Shown: piece after piece, positions 21,680 through 29,848 of the stretch | Layout: the number at the start of each line of letters is the position of its first letter | Numbering within the stretch: the stretch's first letter is position 1 | NCBI GenBank assembly: GCA_016839585.1 | Contig: JAEOTZ010000071.1 | Span: 1-64,000, forward strand | DNA length: 64,000 nucleotides | Direction of reading: 5' to 3' | DNA from: Promethearchaeota archaeon | GTDB taxonomy: Archaea > Asgardarchaeota > Lokiarchaeia > Sigyniarchaeales > SOKP01 | Made by a program: the position numbers and the translations under genes | Notes under the pieces: model-generated | What the model was told of the DNA's origin: nothing | Databases searched by the model: none | The model's input: the letters and a program-made list of their open reading frames with translations, nothing else

Positions 21680-22027
21680 CTGTTTAAGATAATTTTTTCA
21701 AACTCTGCATTGGAATATATTTATGAACAACAAGAGAATTATTCTTTAAAAAATGATTTTAAAAAACTTGTTATTACAATCTTTTTCTATTCCTCTTCAA
21801 CTTGAACATTGGCCTTTTGTGGTAATGTTATTGAATTAATTGAAAAACAGAAAGTTATTGAAGATGGAGATTTCATTGAATGGACCGATTTGGATAAAAA
21901 TCTTAATATTAATATTTTCATTGAACAAAATTTGCTCCCAGAATTAGAATTAAAAGATCAAATACTCATTGATGTTGCAATTGGGGAAATAAAAGGTGTA
22001 AAAATAGGTATGGTGTTCATAAAATAA
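21680..22027 (+). CDS. Candidate HesB/IscA-like selenoprotein (115 aa; in-frame UGA at 21803-21805 read as Sec42)
   Basis: Frame of ORF 21809..22027 extends upstream through a single TGA to a CTG at 21680, preceded by GGTGA; translation MFKIIFSNSALEYIYEQQ...LVITIFFYSSST-U-TLAFC...NINIFIEQNLLPELELKDQILIDV; SECIS-like hairpin in the 3' UTR. CTG start is uncertain (TTG at 21710 is an alternative). Confidence 0.75.
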
Positions 22028-22032
22028 TCTCA

Positions 22033-22102
22033 GGATGTATATGGTTAATAAAATGAACCAATCTTAAAAATTCTAGAAGATTGGTGATTAACGGTTGCGT
22101 CC
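22033..22102 (+). promoter_or_regulatory. Eukaryote-type SECIS element (kink-turn AUGA...GA core, A-rich apical loop)
   Basis: ATGA 22053-56; ACCAATCTT 22057-65 pairs perfectly with AAGATTGGT 22077-85; loop AAAAATTCTAG; GA 22086-87; lower helices GTTAA/TTAAC and GGATGTA/TGCGTCC. Confidence 0.8.
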
Positions 22103-22231
22103 GTTTATTTTCAAAATAATTCAAATTCTTAAAAAAATAAAATATAAATTTTATAAGCATGATTATTCTTATAAGATAAAACTTAATTTTATCAATAAAA
22201 TTTAGTTTTTTAAATATAACATACAACTTTA

Positions 22232-22831
22232 TTGATTATCATGAGACCATCACGAGTTTTTAGATGGATAATTAGAATATTAATATTAGTGTTAACATTA
22301 TCAGTTACTGCTGTTTCTTTTCTAGGTGGATTTTCTGCTATTATGATACTTTCTAATCCAGATAATATTGGGTTCGACACAGATAATATTGAATTTAATT
22401 TTGATGCTAATTGGACAACTCCAATTGAGATTAATAACATAAATTTTACTTTACCTTTTAATTTTACAAATGCGGGGTATTTTGATCTAGAAGATCTTAA
22501 AGTAAGTTTTCAAATAGGTTTACTTTATTGGCATGTTAATTTAACTGGAGATGGTTTAAATAAGACTAATTTTGTAAAAATATATGATAACTCAACTTCT
22601 TTCCCAACAATTAAAAAAGGAAAAACTTATTATGGTAATTATACAGGAACTAAAAGTGATTTTGGTAATTTCCTAGGAAATTTTCCAGATTATGATGAGA
22701 TAGATGTTATTAAAGATCCAGATTTTGAATTATATGCAAACTTTACATTAAGCTTAACGTATTCATTAGGACTCCATTCAATTAGACTTGGAATTTATAA
22801 CATATCAATATATGAATTTTCAGTAACATAA
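22232..22831 (+). CDS. Hypothetical membrane-anchored protein with a beta-rich extracellular domain
   Basis: One N-terminal TM helix, then N-x-T-rich beta-like segments (NFTLPFNFTNAGYFDL); first gene of a tight three-gene run. Confidence 0.7.
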   Translation: MIIMRPSRVFRWIIRILILVLTLSVTAVSFLGGFSAIMILSNPDNIGFDTDNIEFNFDANWTTPIEINNINFTLPFNFTNAGYFDLEDLKVSFQIGLLYWHVNLTGDGLNKTNFVKIYDNSTSFPTIKKGKTYYGNYTGTKSDFGNFLGNFPDYDEIDVIKDPDFELYANFTLSLTYSLGLHSIRLGIYNISIYEFSVT

Positions 22832-22843
22832 GAGGTTATCAAA

Positions 22844-23332
22844 ATGGGTCCAACTATAAACATAGTAAAAGGTACTATTTTTACTATTATATATGTATGT
22901 TTTACAATCATAATTCCAGTAGTAACATTTTCTTTACTAAGAGGATATGTTGTTGAAGGTTTACCATTAGATTTTACACAGGAAGATTTAAACAATATTA
23001 TATTTTGGGTTACTGCATTGGGATTAGTTATAAGTGGATGTGCTTTCTTCACACATTCTTCACCTAAACAATCAATAAGAAGAGGTTCTTTTGCTTTGAT
23101 CCAAGTATTAGTTAATTGTCTATACTTATGGAGTTATAAATTCTCAGGAGCAACTGAAATAATATTTGATTTAGATATAGGTGATAATTCAGGATTTCTG
23201 AGTTTGAATTTACAACAGATGGTTTTAGTTTATTTAGGAATTTATTTTCTAACTATAGTTCTAAAAGTATATGATGTTATTGATTTTACAATTAATAGAG
23301 AGAAAATCCGATACGATAGAATGAAAGAATAA
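22844..23332 (+). CDS. Hypothetical membrane protein with about 4 TM helices
   Basis: Four hydrophobic segments; GAGG-like ribosome-binding site upstream. Confidence 0.75.
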   Translation: MGPTINIVKGTIFTIIYVCFTIIIPVVTFSLLRGYVVEGLPLDFTQEDLNNIIFWVTALGLVISGCAFFTHSSPKQSIRRGSFALIQVLVNCLYLWSYKFSGATEIIFDLDIGDNSGFLSLNLQQMVLVYLGIYFLTIVLKVYDVIDFTINREKIRYDRMKE

Positions 23333-23347
23333 AGAGGTAGAGAAAAA

Positions 23348-23719
23348 ATGGGATTTTTAGAAATATTAGCTGATATTTTTGGAGCAATTTTGATTTTCTT
23401 AAAACCAATAGTAGAATCAATTGGTGAATGGATGGTTGATTGGATCTCAGCATCAATGGAATTTTTAAAACAAAACTTTAGCAGTGAACTAACTATTTAT
23501 ATTGTAATTTTTATCATTCTGATTGTATCTGGTGTTATTATAAATATCATTTGGCCAGGTGATCGCCCAGGAACAATATTCTCCAAAGGTTTAGATAAAA
23601 TAGAAGAAAAATTCGAAGAAAAATTGGATATTCCAAATGATATAAGGAGATGTAAGGATTGTGGTAATCCAATTGGGGATTCTAGAGTTTGCCCTTTATG
23701 TGGAGCTGAAAATGATTAA
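23348..23719 (+). CDS. Small membrane protein with a C-terminal zinc ribbon
   Basis: TM helix IYIVIFIILIVSGVIINIIW; CKDC...CPLC at the C-terminus; GAGGT upstream. Confidence 0.75.
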   Translation: MGFLEILADIFGAILIFLKPIVESIGEWMVDWISASMEFLKQNFSSELTIYIVIFIILIVSGVIINIIWPGDRPGTIFSKGLDKIEEKFEEKLDIPNDIRRCKDCGNPIGDSRVCPLCGAEND

Positions 23720-23734
23720 AAACCTTTTTTATTT

Positions 23735-24364
23735 TTAGTTATTAATTTTTAAGAGCAATTCTGCAACTCGTTTTCCTAAATGAAATGATATCTTTCCAGC
23801 TAATTCATCGTGTTCGCCTTTTCCTAAATTTATGAATTCTTTAAGGTTATATTTTTGTAAGCTGGTGATAGGGATATTTCCTTCAAGAATTGGGCTTCCT
23901 AATATATTTCCCACTATAATCATGCCTTGTATTAAAGCAAAATTTATTAAATCAGAGATAACCCCCTCTCCGCCATTCCTTAGGCCTGTTGAAGCCAGAG
24001 GTGCAAATATTACATCTTTCAATAAGTAATCTTTCATTTTCCATGGTCTTGATCGATCTATTAGCACTTTTATCTGTGAACTAACTGAACCAAAATAATT
24101 TGGAGCAGCTATTAAGATTGCAGATGACTCTAAGATTAATTCTTCTATTTTTTTAATTTCATCATTTTCTGCCAAAGGGCAATCATTTGGAGGTCTTAAA
24201 CATTGATCACATCCATTGCAAGGAGTTATTTTATAATCAGAAATTTGAATTTTATTGATATCAAAATTATTATTAATAGATTTTATGCCTTCAATAGCTT
24301 GATCGATTAAGTAATTGCAACTCTTATTCTTTCTCGGTGACCCAACTATTAGAGTTATTTTCAT
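23735..24364 (-). CDS. Iron-sulfur flavoprotein / flavodoxin-family protein
   Basis: GSPRK, CNGCDQC-x6-C cluster motif, APNYFG. Confidence 0.88.
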   Translation of the reverse strand: MKITLIVGSPRKNKSCNYLIDQAIEGIKSINNNFDINKIQISDYKITPCNGCDQCLRPPNDCPLAENDEIKKIEELILESSAILIAAPNYFGSVSSQIKVLIDRSRPWKMKDYLLKDVIFAPLASTGLRNGGEGVISDLINFALIQGMIIVGNILGSPILEGNIPITSLQKYNLKEFINLGKGEHDELAGKISFHLGKRVAELLLKINN

Positions 24365-24443
24365 ATTAATATTAAATTTTAATATTTAATTAAGTTAATT
24401 TTATACTAATAAGAATATAATCATAGTTCCAGAAAAAAATAAC

Positions 24444-25196
24444 ATGAAGCTAATTAAAGATAAAGTAGAATATCAAATAGTTAAGAAGAGTCTATTAGAC
24501 GATTTAAAGTATTATAAACAGTTTATTATAAAAAAATTTGAGGTTGAAGATTTAATCTCAGCAATAAATAAAGCCAAATCAGCTATTACATTAATAGAAG
24601 AATACCAGAATGATTTTAATTTAATTAATGAATTATCGGAATTTAAAAAATTAAGTCAAAAAATAGATTTAGAATTAAGAGAACGAAGGAGGTTTTATTT
24701 AAGGAGATATAATAATCTTTTAAAAGAGAAGATAAACGAATCTAATTTAGAAAATTTTATGAAATTATTAGCTATGTTAAAGAATGAAGTAGATAATAAC
24801 TTGAGTAAATTTAATCTTGAAGATATCCATAATAATATTAATAAATATTTTGTTTATATCAAACGGATATATGAGATCCTAAGTTGTTGTGATATTTTAA
24901 ATTATTATGATGTTTCTGAAAAAATTTTCAACTTTGTTAATGATTTAAAGTCTGAAAACTTGCCAAATTTAAAATTTTTTATTTCCTCGATATATAAGAA
25001 TTTGATTACTAAGAGATTATTTGAATTTTCTAAAGAATATAATATAATTTCAATATCTACTCTTTCTAAGAGAATGGCAATTAAACAAGAATATTTAATA
25101 AAATTTATTAATTCACTAAAAAAACAACCTAAAGCACCAATTATAGATTATAATCCTTCTGCTCAAGTCGTGACTTTTAAAAAGTCAAGGTTATAA
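24444..25196 (+). CDS. Helical protein with a C-terminal PCI/winged-helix-like domain
   Basis: All-helical body; C-terminus LFEFSKEYNIISISTLSKRM...IIDYNPSAQVVTF resembles the PCI consensus. Confidence 0.55.
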   Translation: MKLIKDKVEYQIVKKSLLDDLKYYKQFIIKKFEVEDLISAINKAKSAITLIEEYQNDFNLINELSEFKKLSQKIDLELRERRRFYLRRYNNLLKEKINESNLENFMKLLAMLKNEVDNNLSKFNLEDIHNNINKYFVYIKRIYEILSCCDILNYYDVSEKIFNFVNDLKSENLPNLKFFISSIYKNLITKRLFEFSKEYNIISISTLSKRMAIKQEYLIKFINSLKKQPKAPIIDYNPSAQVVTFKKSRL

Positions 25197-25238
25197 AATT
25201 AATTAATAATTGATCTTTAACAATTAATAAAAGATTTT

Positions 25239-26162
25239 TTATAATGCGCGAAAAAAATCGGGTCTCAATACTTCAGTATGAGTCAAACCATAATTAATTA
25301 CTTCTAAAATCTTTTGCTTCTCTCGATCTAAAATGCCTCGTAAAGGAAGATAATTACTTGCATGATTTGAGCGAAAAATACAATTTGCATTTTTATTTTC
25401 GAATTTAATATGTTTAATAAAAGTTTTTAGTTCATGTAATATTTCGATTTGATTCATTTCCAAAAATTCTCCATTGATCTTTCTTTTGAATATTTCTGTT
25501 CCTGGTGGGACAATAAGAGTTAAAAAAGCAATATACCAAATTCTATCATCTTCAGGGCAAATTTTATTTACTAAATCAGCTGATTCTTTTGCATGTTTTT
25601 CGGAAATTTCTGTATTATTTCCACCTCCAAGACCATTTATAAAGGTTGCTGAAAGTGTAATGTTTGCTTTCATTAATTTTTTTGATGCTTCAATATAATC
25701 CTGTTTTGTAGCATGTTTATTTACATTTTTAAGTAAATCATCATAACCAGATTCAAAACCTACATAAGCAATTTTTAATCCTGCTTCTGATAATGCATTC
25801 AATTGTTCATCCGACTTCTTTAGAATATCTTTAGCGTGAGCATAAACTCCGATCCTTTCTAATTTCGGAAAAGTATTCATAGCATAATTGGTGAGTTTTA
25901 AAAGTTTTTCTGTAGGCGTAACTAGTGCATTTCCGTCTAAAAAGAAAATTTTGCGGACATTAGAACCATATAGTTTCTTAGCTACGTTTAAATCCCTTTT
26001 AACATCATCTAAATCTCTAATTTTAAATTGTTTCTGAAGATTTGACATACAAAAATCACATTTAAAAGAACAACCTTCAGTCAATTGGATCAATAAAGAA
26101 GCATGCTCTGAAGGGGGACGAAACACTGGTTGACAGTAGTATATCTTCTCTCTATTCGACAT
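25239..26162 (-). CDS. Radical SAM protein
   Basis: FRPPSE..SLLIQLTEG-CSFKCDFC; YVGFESG; SNHASNY. Confidence 0.9.
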   Translation of the reverse strand: MSNREKIYYCQPVFRPPSEHASLLIQLTEGCSFKCDFCMSNLQKQFKIRDLDDVKRDLNVAKKLYGSNVRKIFFLDGNALVTPTEKLLKLTNYAMNTFPKLERIGVYAHAKDILKKSDEQLNALSEAGLKIAYVGFESGYDDLLKNVNKHATKQDYIEASKKLMKANITLSATFINGLGGGNNTEISEKHAKESADLVNKICPEDDRIWYIAFLTLIVPPGTEIFKRKINGEFLEMNQIEILHELKTFIKHIKFENKNANCIFRSNHASNYLPLRGILDREKQKILEVINYGLTHTEVLRPDFFRAL

Positions 26163-26238
26163 ATATAATTTAGAAAAGGATATTGTAATTTAATTAGTCT
26201 TTAAATGAAAAAATATAATTTATTTTAATCTTCTTTTC

Positions 26239-26928
26239 TCATTCCTCTTCTTTATCAGCATCTTCAGGTCTATTAGGACAAGAAGTTAAATGCCGTCCAA
26301 GTCTAACAAATTCTTTCCCACAATAAGGACATTTCTGTTTTGCTTTGGGTTCAGTTTCACCTGACTCTGCTTTTTTTGTAGGCTTTTTCTTTCTTTTCTT
26401 TTTTGCACTTGCTGGTAAAACATCTTCAATACTAGCATCATCAGGAGCAAATTCGCAAGATTGAATGTGTGCAGCTAAATCTTCGAATAACTCACCACAA
26501 AAAGGGCATTCAATCTCCCCAAATTCTTCAGAGTCTTCTATATCTTCTTTCCCAACTTTTCTTTTCTCGAATTTTAAAGGAATTTCTTCATCTTCTTCCT
26601 CGAATTCATCAATGGTTAAATCGATCTCCTCATCTGATTTTATTTGAGCTATTTCAAATTCTTCTAATTCAATTTTTTTATCTTTGATTTTCTTTTCTGC
26701 CACTTTTCTACTTTCTTCATATATCTCGGATATTTTTTTATTTGTTTGAGAATATAAAATGCAAACTTGGCAAACATATGCTCTTGTTCCGAGCACTAGG
26801 TCCCTTTCTGAACAAAAACATAAAGGTTGTAAGCTATTAGAAATGTCACCTTTAGGAGTGAGGTACTTACAAGCTAATTTCCTTGAATATTTAATTTTTT
26901 GTTTTCTACGAGGTATTTTCATCACCAA
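26239..26928 (-). CDS. Zinc-finger protein with an N-terminal Cys cluster, an acidic tract and two CCHC fingers
   Basis: CPFCGELFEDLAAHIQSC and CPYCGKEFVRLGRHLTSC (C-x2-C-x9-H-x3-C); N-terminal C..CFC..CQVC. Confidence 0.8.
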   Translation of the reverse strand: MVMKIPRRKQKIKYSRKLACKYLTPKGDISNSLQPLCFCSERDLVLGTRAYVCQVCILYSQTNKKISEIYEESRKVAEKKIKDKKIELEEFEIAQIKSDEEIDLTIDEFEEEDEEIPLKFEKRKVGKEDIEDSEEFGEIECPFCGELFEDLAAHIQSCEFAPDDASIEDVLPASAKKKRKKKPTKKAESGETEPKAKQKCPYCGKEFVRLGRHLTSCPNRPEDADKEEE

Positions 26929-27057
26929 AAGAAGTATATAAAATAATTAATCTTAAAATTTAATTTTTTTGTTTCGAGAATCTCTATTAAGAGAAAAAAT
27001 TGGATGAAATTCATTGAAAATAATTAATATTTAGAAGATAATTATATTGAGATAAGG

Positions 27058-28620
27058 TTAAAAATTGAATTTTATTGAATTTAAATCATGTTTAATTTTA
27101 TTCTGGATATCTTTATTCTCCAGTTTTGGTAATAATTCCTCGATCAAATCTTTAAAATCCAGAATTTTTTGGGAGAGTATTTCTGGTTTGCTCCAATTGG
27201 ATTTTCTTAATGGGTGATTTCTTATTATTGCTTTATTATAATTTTCAATACCCTCTCTATAAAATAAGCAAGCACTTTCTAAATTATTTAATCTAGAATG
27301 ATAAATCGTTCCTATTTTATTAAAACATATACCTACTCCCGCAAAATCATTTACTTTATCAAATTCTATAGCCGCATCTCTTATCGTATTTAAAGCTTCC
27401 TTTAAAACATTGTCTTCTCCTGTTTTAAGAAGTAAATATCCAATAATATACTTAGATTCTCCTAAGAAAAAGGAATTTTTTTCCTTTTTAGCTGCTTTAT
27501 TTAATTCATTAGCAAATTCTTCAGCAAAAACCAAATGATTATTAGATATACATTTTTCTGATAAATCTCTTAATAATTCTAAAACTCTTTCAATATCATG
27601 AAGCTCCTTATACTTTTCTATTCCCTGTCTATATCTCTCAATGCCTGTAAAAGCATCTTTATTCTTAAAAGCCTGATTTCCTTCAAAAATTAATTGCTCC
27701 GCATTTTCTTTTAATTGTAATTCTTTTTGTTTTTTATCGAAATCTCCATAAAAAAAAGTATCAACATTAAAAATTACATCCTCAGACATAGGGATTTCTG
27801 TCAATAAATCACTATTTGGCTTAATTTTTTTATTCTCATTATGCCTGTCATTATCTTGAAAATTAGAACTAAAGTCTTCTCCATAGGCTGATTGCAAAGG
27901 TTTCCCTGCTGTAGCTAATGCTGACAATTCCGATAAAACATTAGCAAAAAAATATTTGCTTAAACCATCAACAACATAATCCACTTTATGGTAATTATTA
28001 TCATACTCAGGATCGTTTACATCCATATTTACATCGTTAAGCCGATAAATTTCAAATCCTGTATCATACTTAGTTATTGTATGTTCTGAACCTTCAACCT
28101 TTTCCTGCTTTTTCTTCCCTAATAGCGTATGATCAAAAACTAAACCACAAAAATCATCATTTTTTGCTTGAAATCCTAATTGATTTAAAAGATCTATATA
28201 TGAAAAAAAGAGTCCTAATCCTGGATGAGAGTGAAACCATCCAATCATGTAAAATCCTTTACCACTCTTATCTAATTTTTCTTGAATTTCCTCTATAAAA
28301 CCATAATGTCTTTCATCTAATTGAACATCCGTTGCATGCCCAAATGTAAGTGCTTCAGCATCTTCTATATATACAAAATCATCATCAGAATAACCTATTA
28401 AAATGCCATATATTTCTTTCCATTCCTCAGCGGGAATTGATTTATTAGCATATCTACTTGCATATAAGATAATTGTTTTATAAGCTTCTGCTCTTACAAC
28501 AACAGGTTTTTTAATTTTCTCTTTTGATTCTTCATTTGAGTTCTGGTCTTTAAAATCTTCTTCTGAATTATTTTTTTTAGATTCCTCGATATTATTTGTC
28601 TTTTTAATCTCTCTTGACAT
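27058..28620 (-). CDS. MPN+/JAMM metalloprotease (Rpn11/CSN5-like) fused to a TPR-like helical C-terminus
   Basis: EIYGILIG and GWFHSHPGLGLFFSYID (HxH-x7-S-x2-D intact); C-terminal AEQLIFEGNQAF, A.ICFNKIGTIY repeats. Confidence 0.88.
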   Translation of the reverse strand: MSREIKKTNNIEESKKNNSEEDFKDQNSNEESKEKIKKPVVVRAEAYKTIILYASRYANKSIPAEEWKEIYGILIGYSDDDFVYIEDAEALTFGHATDVQLDERHYGFIEEIQEKLDKSGKGFYMIGWFHSHPGLGLFFSYIDLLNQLGFQAKNDDFCGLVFDHTLLGKKKQEKVEGSEHTITKYDTGFEIYRLNDVNMDVNDPEYDNNYHKVDYVVDGLSKYFFANVLSELSALATAGKPLQSAYGEDFSSNFQDNDRHNENKKIKPNSDLLTEIPMSEDVIFNVDTFFYGDFDKKQKELQLKENAEQLIFEGNQAFKNKDAFTGIERYRQGIEKYKELHDIERVLELLRDLSEKCISNNHLVFAEEFANELNKAAKKEKNSFFLGESKYIIGYLLLKTGEDNVLKEALNTIRDAAIEFDKVNDFAGVGICFNKIGTIYHSRLNNLESACLFYREGIENYNKAIIRNHPLRKSNWSKPEILSQKILDFKDLIEELLPKLENKDIQNKIKHDLNSIKFNF

Positions 28621-28751
28621 CCTTATTTCTTTCTGACTATAATTTTATATTAAATTCTTAATCTAGAATTATAATAAGGCTAATCCTAATTAAAATTATT
28701 TATATTAAAGGTGTTTTAAGAAAATTTGAAAAATTAAGTTTTCTTTTAAGA

Positions 28752-29306
28752 TTATTTTAAAATTAAATCCATAAATCTTTTTTTTATCTCTTCTGGTAGG
28801 AGTGGAATATTTTCCACCTGTTCACTTCCAGGCATAGTTTTTATTAGCACTAGATGGCACCCCCATCCTAACTTTTTTAATATCGGAGAAATTTCAGTTT
28901 TATTTTCAATAACAGATATAGATTCAAATCCCGCACCTTGAGCTATTATTTCTAGTTTTGTTTTTCTACGTGTATAAGTCATTTGGTCCCCTGTAGAACC
29001 ATAAGAACCATTATCTATAATTATTAAGGTCAAATTACTTGGAGCATTATTAGCGATCGTACTTAAACTACCTAAATTCATAAGTATTGAACCATCGCCA
29101 TCAATACACCATATTTTTCTTTTAGGTTGGGATATAGCTAACCCAAACGCAATTGAAGACGATAATCCCATTGAACCCATCATATAGAAGTTTTCTAATC
29201 TATCTTTGATATTATAGAGTTCCCTTGACGGATCTCCAAGATTACATACTACTAACTCATCTGTTAATATTTCCGTAATTTCTTTTAATGCATCATATCT
29301 TCTCAT
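28752..29306 (-). CDS. comE: Sulfopyruvate decarboxylase-like beta subunit (TPP-binding)
   Basis: MRRYDAL, CNLG.PSRELY..KDR..NFYMMGSMG, DGDGSILMN, IDNGSYGSTGDQ. Confidence 0.85.
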   Translation of the reverse strand: MRRYDALKEITEILTDELVVCNLGDPSRELYNIKDRLENFYMMGSMGLSSSIAFGLAISQPKRKIWCIDGDGSILMNLGSLSTIANNAPSNLTLIIIDNGSYGSTGDQMTYTRRKTKLEIIAQGAGFESISVIENKTEISPILKKLGWGCHLVLIKTMPGSEQVENIPLLPEEIKKRFMDLILK

Positions 29307-29307
29307 T

Positions 29308-29802
29308 TTAGCTCCCCCATAAAGTTCTTTTAAGAATTATTGCTATAGGTTTTTTAGTTTTCTTAGCTTTATCAACTGCTTTTATAATATCCTTAATTTT
29401 TCCAGGAGAATTTAAAATATATGTCTTAATTGTTAAGAGTTTTAAAAGGTCAATAGTGATTTGTCCCATTGGCATTTGTGCTATAATTTTTTCTCCTTCT
29501 GCTCCTCTATGACTCATTATAAAAATAACTGGTATCTTATATAATTCTAGGAGAGATTTTATAGCGTTTATAGAATTACCTAATCCAGAATTTTGCATTA
29601 AAATAGCAGGAAGTTTACCCCCAAGGTAAGCTCCTGCTGCAATTCCTACACCTTCTTCTTCTCGAGTGACTTGAATATGTTCAATCTCATTTTTTTCATT
29701 AATAAGCTCTAATAAATTTTTAAGCATGATACATGGTACTGACAACAAGAGGTTTATTCCAGTATTTTTAATAGTTTCATATAATTTTAGATCTACACTC
29801 AT
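29308..29802 (-). CDS. comD: Sulfopyruvate decarboxylase-like alpha subunit
   Basis: SVPC, TREEEGVGIAAGAYLGG, MQNSGLGN, SHRG..GE.I.AQ.PMG. Confidence 0.85.
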   Translation of the reverse strand: MSVDLKLYETIKNTGINLLLSVPCIMLKNLLELINEKNEIEHIQVTREEEGVGIAAGAYLGGKLPAILMQNSGLGNSINAIKSLLELYKIPVIFIMSHRGAEGEKIIAQMPMGQITIDLLKLLTIKTYILNSPGKIKDIIKAVDKAKKTKKPIAIILKRTLWGS

Positions 29803-29848
29803 AAATCTTCTTTATTTGGTAATTTTGTATTAGATATCGATTATTTTT

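Noticed and set aside
21680-22027. Reading the internal TGA as a pseudogene nonsense mutation, or as Trp under genetic code 4
   Set aside because: TGA terminates other genes here (for example hutH at 752-754) and Trp is TGG throughout. The TGA sits at a Cys-equivalent position and a well-formed SECIS-like hairpin follows. A pseudogene is not excluded but is less likely.
22017-22440. Minus-strand ORFs 22017..22226 and 22210..22440
   Set aside because: Low-complexity or antisense shadows over the SECIS, intergenic DNA and a real plus-strand gene
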